Below are positions 12,235-23,590 of a stretch of 64,000 nt of DNA, piece after piece. The stretch covers positions 4,030,001 to 4,094,000 of the forward strand of contig NC_043010.1 of assembly GCF_006345805.1 (NCBI RefSeq), read 5' to 3'. The notes under the pieces are model-generated. The model was not told the origin of the DNA, searched no databases, and saw nothing but the letters and a program-made list of their open reading frames with translations. This stretch comes from Octopus sinensis. Lineage: Eukaryota. Both the position numbers and the translations under genes were made by a program. Every line of letters starts with the position of its first letter. Position 1 is the stretch's first letter.

Positions 12235-12764
12235 TGTTTTGGTTGCATGTGTTAATGAACGTTTTGCCAAATTACACTAAATTACACATCCTGTATGTGA
12301 ATAAATTCAAAGATTCTGATCTTCCTCCCACCTCCTTACCTTTTAGTATTGATTTTCATATTTATTGCTATGGATAGAGTTGAAGGGAATTACCATTATC
12401 AATAGCGAAGAAAATTTACAAAGCTTACATAGGTTGTGAAATCGTTGTGCAAGTCCAATTAATGTTCATATTTTAATTACGAATTATTTTTTAGTTTGCT
12501 GTTGATTTATGCTTTATGTAGAGAAAGCTCTTGTGTGTGATTATATTAAAGATGAAAATTTCCTTGAACAGGGTATTTTGAAATAAAATCTTTAATAACA
12601 TGTTCTTAACTTTAAAGTTCTTGTATCCGAAGTGATATTGGTGATTCAGAAGGGTTGGGGGATATTTTAGAAAAAATATGTTAACAATAATAAAAACATA
12701 AAAACATGAAGTTTTTGCAAATGAAAAGTGAATTTTGTACAGTAGGCACAAGGTCTAAAATTTT

Positions 12765-12945
12765 GGGGGGAGTGGAGAAGTTGATTACATCAATACCAGT
12801 AACTGACTGGGACTTAGTTTATTGACCCTGAAAGGATGAAAGGTAAAGTTGACCTCAGCAGAATTTGAACTCAAAATGTAAAGCTCTGGAAGGAATGCTG
12901 AGCATTTTATCCAGCATGCTAACAATTCTGCCTACTCAACAGCAA
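12765..12945 (-). mobile_element. Diverged SINE family A copy
   Basis: Reverse complement of the family A core (GACCCTGAAAGGATGAAAGGTAAAGTTGACCTC). Confidence 0.7.
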
Positions 12946-13643
12946 GAAGCACAGAGTTAAACCACGTGATTCTGGATTTAGTCCTGCTGTGTACCACTTT
13001 GAAGGTTCTTCCAATCATAGTTTTGGAATGACCAATACTTTGTAAGTGAAATCTGGTTGAGAGAAGCTGTGCTGAAATATATCATTGATAGATGGATATG
13101 TGTGTATTTATACACAGATGTAAATGGTAACAAACTGATGAAAAGGAACTCAATATTCAAGAATAGAGTATAAATATTTATTATGCAAATTACAGTCAAG
13201 TCTTCACACTGTAACCCTACTAGTCCTGACCCTGTGAAATTCGTTTACTGACAATCTTTCAGTTAGTAAATGATCTAACTGTAAGGTGAGATAAACAAAA
13301 ATTAAAAAAAAAGATGGTTGGCTGTTTATTTTTGTTTATTTTGGCTTCTGTTTTGATCTCTCACCAATGGGAAGAAGGTCAGTTTACTGTTTCCACTGAT
13401 AGCAAACCCAGGGTATTTGTGAGAGACCATGATAATAAATTACCTCTCTGTCTATCTGTCTGTCCGTCTCTTTCTCTCTCTGTCTCTCACACACACACAC
13501 ACATATCATACATCCAAAAAATGAGAAGCACACTCTAAAGCACTTGTGCAGTATAAATGACTCCAGTGTAATACCAATGGTCACCCTATGGTTGGCCATA
13601 ACTTTTAACCTCCTATATATATATATATACATAAATGAGGGTG

Positions 13644-13933
13644 AAAAATTAGATATTAATTTAATAATACCATCAGTTTAACACCAAGTGGCTTAGCACA
13701 TAAAAAACCATGGAGACAATACAAATTTATACTTAAATATAAGAGAGTTACCGCTAAGTGGTTAACTCTAGTGCTAAAAATAGCTCCTTTTAGCTATTTT
13801 TAGCACTAGAGTTAACCACTTAGCGGTAACTCTCTTATATTTAAGTATAAATTTGTATTGTCTCCATGGTTTTTTATGTGCTAAGCCACTTGGTGTTAAA
13901 CTGATGGTATTATTAAATTAATATCTAATTTTT
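13644..13933. repeat. Perfect inverted repeat, 142-bp arms, 6-nt loop
   Basis: Arms 13644-13785 and 13792-13933 are exact reverse complements by base-by-base comparison; loop CCTTTT. A partial third copy lies at 13942-14012. Confidence 0.95.
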
Positions 13934-14366
13934 AGATAGCTAATAGCTCCTTTTAGCTATTTTTAGCACTAGAGTTAACAACTTAGCGATAACTCTCTTA
14001 TATTTAAGTATATATATATATTAACGCATATTAAAGAAAAATGTGTATTGATGCACATTAAAGAAAATTTTACACATTGGTGAAAGAACCAGTGAAATGT
14101 TCTCTGTAGACAAAAACATTTTGTGGTATTTATTCTGATTTTCATAATGCCTCTGTTTTTATTTGAGAAAATGTACTTAACAGAGGATGACACTCTGACT
14201 TTCAAAGCTATTTTGCATATGACTGGTAATTAAAATTGTAATATTCAATGATGCAATTTATATATATTTATACTTGGCACCTTGGGCAAGTGTCTTCTAT
14301 TATAACTCCAGGTTGACCAATGCCTTGTGAGTGAATTTGGTTGACAGAAACTGAGTGGAAGCTCAT

Positions 14367-14404
<38 letters not shown>

Positions 14405-14483
14405 TGTGTGTATGTGTGTGTGTGCATGAATCATAGCATCTGTGTTTGTCTCCCTACCCAAATCTACTTGGTGTGCGTGTATA

Positions 14484-14525
<42 letters not shown>

Positions 14526-14899
14526 TGATTCCCAACCCAGAATCCATGAAGGTAGTCCTGAGGCCCCTTGAGATGAGTTCAAAACTTTGAATGGCTGCAG
14601 TGTAAAATGTATTCATGCTCACTATAAAGCTGATGAAAATATAATTGGAACCTTATGCATGTCACATGTGAAATCAAATTTGACACTCACACCACATAAT
14701 AGTAGTGGTCTGAATATACAGTGACTGTTTCTCTTTGTCTAATTTCTGAATTTTAACAATCAGTTGTACTTGCAAAGATAATAATGGTATAGCAAGGGTC
14801 AAAATTGTTGTTATGAATGCTGTATATTGCAAAAATGGTATATATAATATGGTATATGTCATGCGCATGTTGAATCAGATACTCACCTCTAGTGGTATT

Positions 14900-15640
14900 A
14901 ATGTAAAGGACCACATACAAACAAGACACCTAAGACTTTTGACCAGCATTAATTTAAGGATCACTGTTGAACACAGCATATTTGTTGAATATTTTCAAAG
15001 AAGACGGAAAGTACTACTTTCATGACAAAAATCAATAGAAAAATAGCAACTGGCTGAGAGAGTAAAAATACTGTGTTTGCATCATATGATGTATCTCTAT
15101 TAACAGCAAAGTGTAGAGGGAAAAAAAAGAAACAAACAAAAAAGAACACACACACACACACACAACAGCATAGGACCTCATTCTACTTGCTGCCAAGGCA
15201 GTTGCCTCTAGAATACATGGCAACAAAGTAGCAAAGAATTATGATATAATTCCATTTTCAAATAAGGTTGTGAAGTGGTGACTTGAAGTCATGTCTGATA
15301 ACATTAAAAATCAGTTAGTGAAAAGAGTACTTAAAAGTGAACACTGTTCCTTACAATTAGTCAAAAGTATGGATATTTCTAACTCTAACCAATTTGCTAG
15401 CATTCATACGGTTTGAATTTAATAGTACAATCTGAAAATTTTCTCTTTCTCTACTCATTTCCAAGACATACAACTGCTGAGTCTATTCTTAATAGTATGG
15501 ACGATTTTATAATTGAAAATGAAATTGGGCGGTCAAAAGGCGTGGGGGTTGGTACTGGCAGGGGTCCTGTAACATTAGGAAAATACAGAAGATTCAAAGC
15601 AAATATTCAAGCTATAAATACCAAACGTTGAATGGAGTCA
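14900..15640 (+). mobile_element. Degenerate hAT (Buster/ZBED5-like) transposase fossil
   Basis: Frameshifted remnants ASYDVSLLTAK..HT..DLIL.AAK, MSDNIKNQL..SLQL..SMDIS and ENFLF....TTAESILNSMDDF..EN.I...GVG match the Buster-type pattern (LQLDESTD, EEFLFC, TTGEDIF). Confidence 0.65.
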
Positions 15641-15952
15641 TTGCTCCTTCTATAGGGAAGCATTGCTAGCAAGGAACATGTCAGTAAAGATGAACAGGAG
15701 GAGGCCGTAGCTGCAGTTAACTTTATAAATGTTCATCCGTTAAATTCTGGGTTTTCTTTTTTGTTAGGAAATGGACAGTGCTCTTGCATTCACAAGCATG
15801 TCAGTTGTCTCATGATAAAATACTTATCTGCATATTCAGGTTGCATGTTGAAATAAGATTATTTTATGTATGAAAAATTATTCCATAGGAGCAAGTAATT
15901 CAATAACCATTTGTGGCTAGCTATAGAGGTATATATATATATATATATATGC

Positions 15953-15984
<32 letters not shown>

Positions 15985-16399
15985 GTTTGACATTTTCACA
16001 TATTTGAATGACTTCATTTTGAACCTACGTGGGAGGGTTTTTAATGATTTTTGAAGTTGAAGATAAAAATGAAAGCCATTATTGTGAAATTAGACTTGTA
16101 ATCTGAATGTCTGAAATCTTTTTCAACATTCTGGTACTTTTTTTTACAATAGCTGATGATGGCCTCTCAGAAGAAATAACATTTTCATTCAGCACTTGCC
16201 AGAATCTTTTTAAAATTTTGGGTGCCTAAGAGATAATAGAAAAAACGTAGGTAGAAACTCCATAAGATGTACCTGGTGGAAGCTATGGATACATAAGAGG
16301 TGCAGCAATATCAAAGGAAGGCTAATTGCAAAGATAGTTTTTGTGTGTGGCAAATGCTCAAGGGCAATAAACACTGAAAATGTGCAGAAAACAGCTTCC

Positions 16400-17462
16400 G
16401 TCACATGCCAAGGGGAAAAACTAGAAGTAGTTGATAGCCTCCATTACCTAGGTGACCAAGTCAGCTGCTAGAATAAGAATAGCCTGCGCAAAGTTCAGAG
16501 AGCTCCTACCTCTGTTGGTGACAAAGGACCTCTTGTTCAGAGTAAAAGGTAGACTGTATGACACCTGTGTGTGAACAGCCATGCTACATGGCAGTGAAAC
16601 ATAGGCCATGACTGCTGAGGACATGTTTAAGCTTGCAAGGAATGAAGCTAGTATACTTTGCTGGATGTGTAATGTCAGTGTGCATACTCGACAGAGTTTA
16701 AGTGCCTTGAGAGAAAAGTTGGACCTAAGACACATCAGATGTGGTGTGCAAGAGAGATGACTGCACTGGTATGGTCATGTGTTGTGAATGGATGAGGCCA
16801 GCTGTGTGAAGAAGTGTCACATCCTAGCAGTAGAGGGAACCGGAGGAAGAGGTAGACCCAGGAAGATATAGGATGAGGTGGTGAAGCACGACATTCAAAC
16901 ATTGGGCCTCAAGGAGGCAAGGACAAGTGACCGAGACCTTTGGAGATAAGAAGATAAGCTGTGCTTGAGAAGACCCAGCAAGCTAAGTGTGACCAAAACC
17001 GTGGCCTATGCCAGTGCAGCATAACCAGCCCATTTAAGAGTACCTTTCAGTCATTGGGCAATAAACTGTGCTTGAGAAGACCTTTTGAGTTAAGTGAAAT
17101 CATTGTTGTGGCCGATGCCAGTACTGCCTGATTAGCATGTAAAAAGCACCATCCAAACATGGTTGATCCCAGTGATGCCTGACTGGACCTGTGCTGGTGG
17201 CACATAAAAAGTACCATTTAAGTGTGGTTGTTGCCAGTGCCACCTGACTGGCTCCCATGCACGTAAAAAGCACCCACTATACTCTCGGAGTGGTTGACAT
17301 TAGGAAGGGCATCCAGCTGTAGAAACTTTGCCAGATCAGATTGGAGCCTGGTGCAGCCTTCTGCCTTACCAGCCCTCAGTCAAACCGTCCAACCCATGCC
17401 AGCATGGAAAGTGGACATTAAGCGACAACGATTAAGATGATGATTGTGATGATGATGATGAT
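16400..17462 (+). mobile_element. 5'-truncated RTE-clade LINE (ORF C-terminus plus 3'UTR, (GAT)n tail)
   Basis: Broken translation EKLEVVD..HYLGD..RIRIA.AKFRELLPLL..KGRLYD.CV...MLHGSET, WYGHV..MDE..CVKKC..L.VEG..GRGRPRK. 3'UTR with GTGGCACATAAAAAG subrepeats ending in GATGATGAT. Confidence 0.9.
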
Positions 17463-17898
17463 GTCAAGGGTCTTTTGTTATGAAAAAGTCATTTACATGA
17501 TGCACTTCAGCTTAATTCATCAGATACAAAGCAAATTTTCATGAGAATGTGCAATAAAGTATTTTAGATAAGTTACTTAAAGCCATGGCTATGGCTATAT
17601 CAGAGAGGTGGAGCAAAATTGAAGAATCTGGAACATAAACTAGAAAATAGATATGTTTCCTAGATATGTATTATATGATTTGAAATGAATTAATGATATA
17701 ATTAAGCTGTGCACTGATATGTATTGTATAATTATGCTATTATTGCATGTGTTTGTGACAGGGCATGGCTAGCCATGGTTGTGTAAGTTGTGGACATTCA
17801 TTGTCATTAGGGTGTGTGAGAGAGAGAGATAATTTGCACAAGACAACTGGCTTATATACTTGTTAGTCATCGCCTTTGGTTAAAACAAAGCACAGTGA

Positions 17899-17946
<48 letters not shown>

Positions 17947-17971
17947 TTTATTTAAAGCAGCAGAAAATTCA

Positions 17972-18023
17972 ACAAAACCTGTTACTCTGAGTTTCACGTT
18001 CCCGTTCGTCAGACAGTTTTTGC
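17972..18023 (-). ncRNA. Mirror copy of the minimal hammerhead ribozyme
   Basis: Identical motif on the minus strand, a consequence of the perfect palindrome. Confidence 0.8.
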
Positions 18024-18025
18024 TA

Positions 18026-18077
18026 GCAAAAACTGTCTGACGAACGGGAACGTGAAACTCAGAGTAACAGGTTTTGT
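18026..18077 (+). ncRNA. Minimal type I hammerhead ribozyme
   Basis: CUGACGA (18037-43); helix II ACG-GGAA-CGU; GAAA (18054-57); helix III ACUC-A-GAGU; cleavage triplet GUA (18064-66); helix I GCAAAAACUGU/ACAGGUUUUGU (11 positions, one A.G mismatch, one G.U). Confidence 0.8.
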
Positions 18078-18172
18078 TGAATTTTCTGCTGCTTTAAATA
18101 AAGCATATTACTCTACCACTGGTATTTGAGTACTCTTTTTTCCACCTTGTTTCATATTTATGTGTTTACTCC

Positions 18173-18232
<60 letters not shown>

Positions 18233-18504
18233 AGTAATAAATATAAGGGTAGCAAAAAATTCTCCGCTACCAGCGGTCTGGTGAGAAAGAAAAGATAGTC
18301 AAAGACTATATAATATACATTCAACAATATAAGGAATGGCCATAATAGGACATACGACTCGCTAGAAAGAGCAGCCAAACTCAAACCGCTAAATAGTTGT
18401 AATTCTGAAATAGAAAGAGAAATAAAAACGTTTACTCCTTTCATCTCTGGACTATGTATAGTTTCAGCAAACTTTGGTAAACAAATTAATTAAATTAAAT
18501 TAAA

Positions 18505-19021
18505 TTTATTTACAACTGGCGTGCCTCGTCAGCAGAGACGCCAAGGACGCCGAGGTTGCAGTCTGGAGATTTAGGTGGCCAGATGTTAGGGGTGGTGTGG
18601 TCACAGAAATTGTGTGACAGCCATGACTGGGTCTTCCAGCCACCTTCTTGACCCAGGGCAGCACTACCTCCTCTGGGTACTTGACGTAAGCCTCCATGTT
18701 GAGTGTGAGGCCATGTGGGAAGATGAATGGAGGCATAACGTTGCTGTCACTAGTGATCACTCCATGATGTTGACTGGACATCAGATTGACTCCCAAAGAC
18801 TCTGAAATGTGTATTTGAGCTTCCGGCATGAATGCCAAGCAGTACAGCATGTCATTTCTAAATTTCTGGTAGCGTGAATTGCATCATGATGCTGTTTTTC
18901 TCACAGACAGTGCCCCGCTGACCCTTTCTATACTGTGTAGTTGACAAAATCAAAAACAAACAATGCACATGCACAAAATTAAAAAAATGTAAAATGGCAA
19001 CAATTTACTCATCGCACCCTG
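18505..19021 (-). mobile_element. Second DD37D (maT) deletion derivative, one end missing
   Basis: TA-CAGGGTGCGATGAGTAAATTG terminus at 19021. Transposase remnant (MPPFIFPHGLTLNMEAYVKY..EVVLPWVKKVAG; NFCDHTTPNIWPPKSPDCN) homologous to 11273-12105. Confidence 0.85.
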
Positions 19022-19771
19022 TATATTCATATATAGACATAATATTGTTCTTATACTGAGTATTTGCATCTACCAAGTCAAGAAAGCAATCTGATGTCTT
19101 GCCCAATAAAGAATGGGATTATTGGAAGAAATTAACTATATCTGCACATTTTTTTCTGACAGTCACACTTGTGAACGAGATAAAAGTATATCTTCTATTA
19201 AAAATCCATACATCATTTCTTATATATGGATGACTTGAATTAACACGCAAAGGATGAGAATCAATTGGAGACTGTAGCACTGACAATCTAAAGATTCAGT
19301 AAAGTCATTTACAGGAACTTGGGATTTGAGAATAGTGTTGAGGCTATTCTTGGAAAAGGAAATGTATTACGAACAAGCAGCATAGAGAAAAACAAAGTTC
19401 TAGAATTGTATGTATTAGACAAACACATCCATAAATATTTAGGAGAAAGCAGAATAGGCAGCATACAAAATAACCAAACAGACAAAAATAGATCAATAGA
19501 AATAGTACTATACATAAACTTGGTTAGTATTAAGAATTTAATTCATTGCTAAGAAAGAAATAATTAGTAAATATATATATATATATTTATATATTGGTCG
19601 TTATTTTGACTATTTATTAAAATTTTATGTATTGATTAAGTCTTTCCTTGTTTGTTTTGCAAAATAGTGGTTTTGTCTCTAATAATATTTTATAATATTT
19701 TACTATAAAATTGGATTTAATCCTAAATCTGATTTTTTCCCTGTAAATTTGGATTTATTCCCTAATATTTA

Positions 19772-19804
<33 letters not shown>

Positions 19805-20120
19805 AGCCATCTTGGTAATTAACTACAGTTTTAATATAATAAGGTGAAAATTAAATAAACTGAGATAGACAAACAAGGGAAATTATAGGAGAAATAGCAT
19901 TGTTACACTGTAGAACAGAGTAACTTGCACTGTTTGCCATAATTCTCTGGATTTATTGTTCAAATCTTGCTGAGGTCAAGTGTAATTTTTATTGTTTGGG
20001 GTTGATAAGATAAACGACCAAATTGGTGGAATTAGGATTTTTAAATCCGTTTTTTCTTATATCCCATTTTAATCCCGTATTTTCCTTAAAAAATATATAT
20101 ATATATATAATTAAAAATAG

Positions 20121-20521
20121 TCAAAGGACATGCTAAATATGTCTACCTGCTGAAAATAACAGTCAAAACTTTTATTTAAATCACCGAAAAAACTGGTCAT
20201 AATTACAGAGATCAACCATCTGTGGGCAAACAGGCTAGGACAATCTCTCAACATACATTCAAGTATTTGGACTCATGTGGACCAGTTTCTGGACTGGCAG
20301 TATAGCCTCACCCTCTTCAGCATGTGTTGCCATGATGGAATGCACGCTGAGGAAGGTGAATCTTTAATGCCAGTCCAGAAACAGGTTCAAATACTTGAAT
20401 GTATGTTGTGAGATTGTCCTAGCCTGTTTGCCCACAGATGGTTGACAGTATTTTTCGGCAATTTAAATATGAGTTTTGGCTGATATTTCCAGCAGGTAGA
20501 CATATTTAGTATGTCCTTTGA
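20121..20521. mobile_element. Fold-back MITE-like element (~400 bp, almost entirely inverted repeat)
   Basis: Outer arms TCAAAGGACATGCTAAATATGTCTACCTGCTG / reverse complement; inner ~58-bp arms with 1-2 mismatches (20212-20270 vs 20388-20446); centre near 20334. Confidence 0.8.
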
Positions 20522-20808
20522 TTAATTTTAATCCTTCAGCTATTCAATGCCTTTTGGGCCTGCAATCAACTATATTATTGATTCTGTTATTATCATTTTT
20601 AATTGTTACACTAGATAATAATAGAGTCAATGATATCTTCACAAATATTTTCTCCTGAATTATTGCTCCATAATCAGCCGAAATTGTGAAGATGATCCGG
20701 TTCTTGACTGAAGATTAAAGGCTTCAAATGTCCTGTCCGTGTTTTTGTTTTGTGTCGTCTTCTAAATGTTTCACGTTCTTGTCCCAGTTTGTATATTTTT
20801 TTAACTTT

Positions 20809-20858
<50 letters not shown>

Positions 20859-22442
20859 CAATATCTCACAGAAATATGTACACCTCTATAAAATTTAGTA
20901 AAATTGCCATTATTCTGATAATATCAAAGGAAACCAAACGAAATTTATATTGAATAAAATGTATTATACATGCAAGCATTATACACATTTCGAACACAAA
21001 ATAAAAAACATCTTCAAAGATATGAACAATATATCAGTTCTCAAATGATACAAAAATATGTACACCCTAAATGATTATTTGCTATATTCAATATTTGGCT
21101 TGACTGCATTAAGTCTTCTGGATATAGAATCGACTAAAGTTTCACATATAACGATGAAATGAACCTCCATTCATCCAGAATGATGTTTTTCAACTGTGTT
21201 ACATTGTGGAGTCTTTTCCTCCTCAGTCTTCCTTTTCAAAACACCCCACAGATGTTCCATTGGGTTTAAATCAGGTGACATGGTAGGCCAAATAAATTTA
21301 TCTTTTTATCTGATAAAAATTTAGTGGTCATCTTTGGAGTGTCTTTAGGATCATTATCATGTTGGAACATGGAATGTCTTCCTAGTTCCTTGATGCCTTT
21401 CAGCATTGTTTTCTGCAATATGTCACAATAAAGCCTTGAATCCATTGTTCTCTCAGTAAATTCGAATTCTCCCACACTCACCACACTCATGCATCCCCAA
21501 AGCATAGCACTTCTGCCACAGTGTCACTATTATCTTCACCTGGTCATTGCCATACTCGTTTTATATCATCTGATCCACACAAGTTGATTTTAGTTTCGTT
21601 AGTAAAGAGAATCTTATTCCAAAACTCCTTCCCCTTACTCACATAGTTTTTGGCAAAAGAAATACGACTTGATTTATGCCTGGTAGTGAGGAGAGGCTTC
21701 CTACAAGGAATGCATCCATGAAGACCACATTTTGGCAGACTGTTTTGGTGGACACACTCTTTCTATTAACAGAAGACACTTCTTGGGCCAAAGATAAGGT
21801 GGTATGATGCCAGTCATCCATCATGCAATGTTGGAGGTGGCAAATATCAGGTGTAGTTAAAATAGAAGGATGACCTGGATGATGTTTGTTGCTTAGCCAT
21901 CCAGTAGCTTTGTACTTCTGAATTACTTTGGCAACTGTGTTTATGCTAATACGTATTCATTTGCTAATTAACTTGTATCCTAAACCATTCTTGTGCAAAT
22001 TAAAAATAATTTTCTTCAAATCTTCAGAAAATTCTTTTCCTTTTGGTGCCATTCTAATCACAATGAAGAAGATTTTCATCATGGTACACAAACCAGAATT
22101 CTTGGAGATGCAATAACAATGACCGGTGCAAAAATGCCAGGAGAAATAATTTATCAGAATTGAAATTATCAGCAATATCTGAATTTAGTAAAAAAAAGTG
22201 GATTAAATATTGAATATAGCAAATTTCCTTTGGGGTGTACATATTTTAGTAACATTTGAAAATTGATATTTCGTTCATATCTTTGAAAATGTTTATTGTT
22301 CTGTGTTCCAAATTTGTATAGTGTTTGTATGTATAATATATTTTATTCAGTATAAATTTTGTTTGGTTTCCTTTGATATTATCAGAGTAATGGCAATTTT
22401 ACTGAAATATTTTAGAGGTGTACATACTTCTGTGAGATACAG
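20859..22442 (-). mobile_element. Full-length but decayed Tc1-family (DD34E) transposon with long IR/DR-type TIRs
   Basis: TA on both sides; ~240-bp imperfect TIRs (20859-21096, 22205-22442) with consensus start CAGTATCTCAC and two GTACACC direct repeats per arm; length 1584 bp. Confidence 0.9.
21088..22052 (-). pseudogene. Tc1 transposase pseudogene
   Basis: MAPKGKEFSEDLKKIIFNLHKNGLGYKLISK at the start; LWGCMS..VGE, FQHDNDPK and WPTMSPDLNPMEHLWGVLKRK in shifting frames; ends AKY* at 21088. Multiple stops and frameshifts. Confidence 0.9.
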
Positions 22443-22656
22443 TATATATATAAATATAAAATCCAGAGAACGAGGTGTAGGGAGTAAGTTAGCCTCAAGC
22501 AATCCGAAGTAAATATAAAAAAACAACTGTCAGGAACAATAGTGGTTTATTGAGACGGAAGGTGGTGAATTTTTTCCATTCAGTATGATAGACTGAAGAA
22601 AGTTCTTTTTATATTTCACAGTAGGTAACCAGGATTGCTGGTTCTATGAATAAGAA

Positions 22657-22792
22657 TACAAGAGTTAAGGAATGGAGTACATAAGGGATACATATGATAT
22701 CCTTAGCCTGAAGAGTAGCCTATGGTATACGCCTCGCTTGGAACCACTTCTGAGGTTCCGCTTGCTATATACTCCATTCCTTAACTCTTGTA
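22657..22792. mobile_element. Small TA-bounded MITE-like element with 23-bp terminal inverted repeats
   Basis: TACAAGAGTTAAGGAATGGAGTA (22657-79) and its exact reverse complement (22770-92); internal short hairpins; right end runs into (TA)n. Confidence 0.6.
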
Positions 22793-22899
22793 TATATATA
22801 TATATAAATATATATATATATAGTCAATAAAATCTATATCAGAAAAGAAGCACACTCTACAGAATAAAGCAGTAATTATTAAAACAAAATGTTAAATTC

Positions 22900-23590
22900 T
22901 GGTCCTAGAGTTACCAAAGCTTTTGTATCCATGAAAGCCACTGCCTTGTGGACAGCTAGTCAGACTCTATACAAAGACCCCAAAATTAAACTTTCTATTA
23001 CCTGGATGTGAGGAAATGCTCAGATATTGAGACTTAACAACTAATGTATAAAAACATTAATGAGGACAAGTTATCTTCCCTGAACCAGAGGATGAAAAAC
23101 CCTTACAGACTTGAAATAGCTCAACCAGGAGATGGGTGATCCAATTTTCCAGTGGGTGGTGCTTGATATGGACACATTTAGTGAAAACATCTTTATGACT
23201 GTTCAACACACCAGGTTTAACGTAGTCATTAAGGATATTGGTTCTCTCCACAATGCAGATTTTGCAATGGCCACTCCCATTAAAATATGGGCCTGGACGA
23301 TCTATTATTTTTGACTTGATATCACATGGGGTCCCTTAATCTTTGAAGTGCCACACATAGCTGGCCAGGGACGTGACAAAATGTCTTTCTGGGACTCTAA
23401 AGAATGACTGGTGCTTGTGGAAGCAACATTTGAAAGATGTATTGGTCGATCTGATATATTAAAAAATTTGGGATGTTGCTGTATTCACACTCCTGGTATA
23501 TCTCTGGTAGCCTCCAGGCTTGGAGATGCTGTTAGTAATACCATTGCTGACATTGTCGATGTGGTGCAATGATCCAGTGGTGTAATTGCT
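22900..23590 (-). mobile_element. Highly degenerate LINE fragment (APE-endonuclease region, CR1/L2-like)
   Basis: Higher GC than flanks; fragments such as DVFTKCVHIKHHPLENW resemble the DFNVHH..W endonuclease motif. Confidence 0.35.

Larger units (their letters stand above)
17946..18103. repeat. Perfect 158-bp palindrome (79-bp arms, no loop), likely an inverted Penelope-like terminal repeat
   Basis: Centre TTTTTGCT|AGCAAAAA between 18024 and 18025; arms exact. Lies between two (TA)n tracts; the right arm continues ~70 bp further. Confidence 0.95.
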
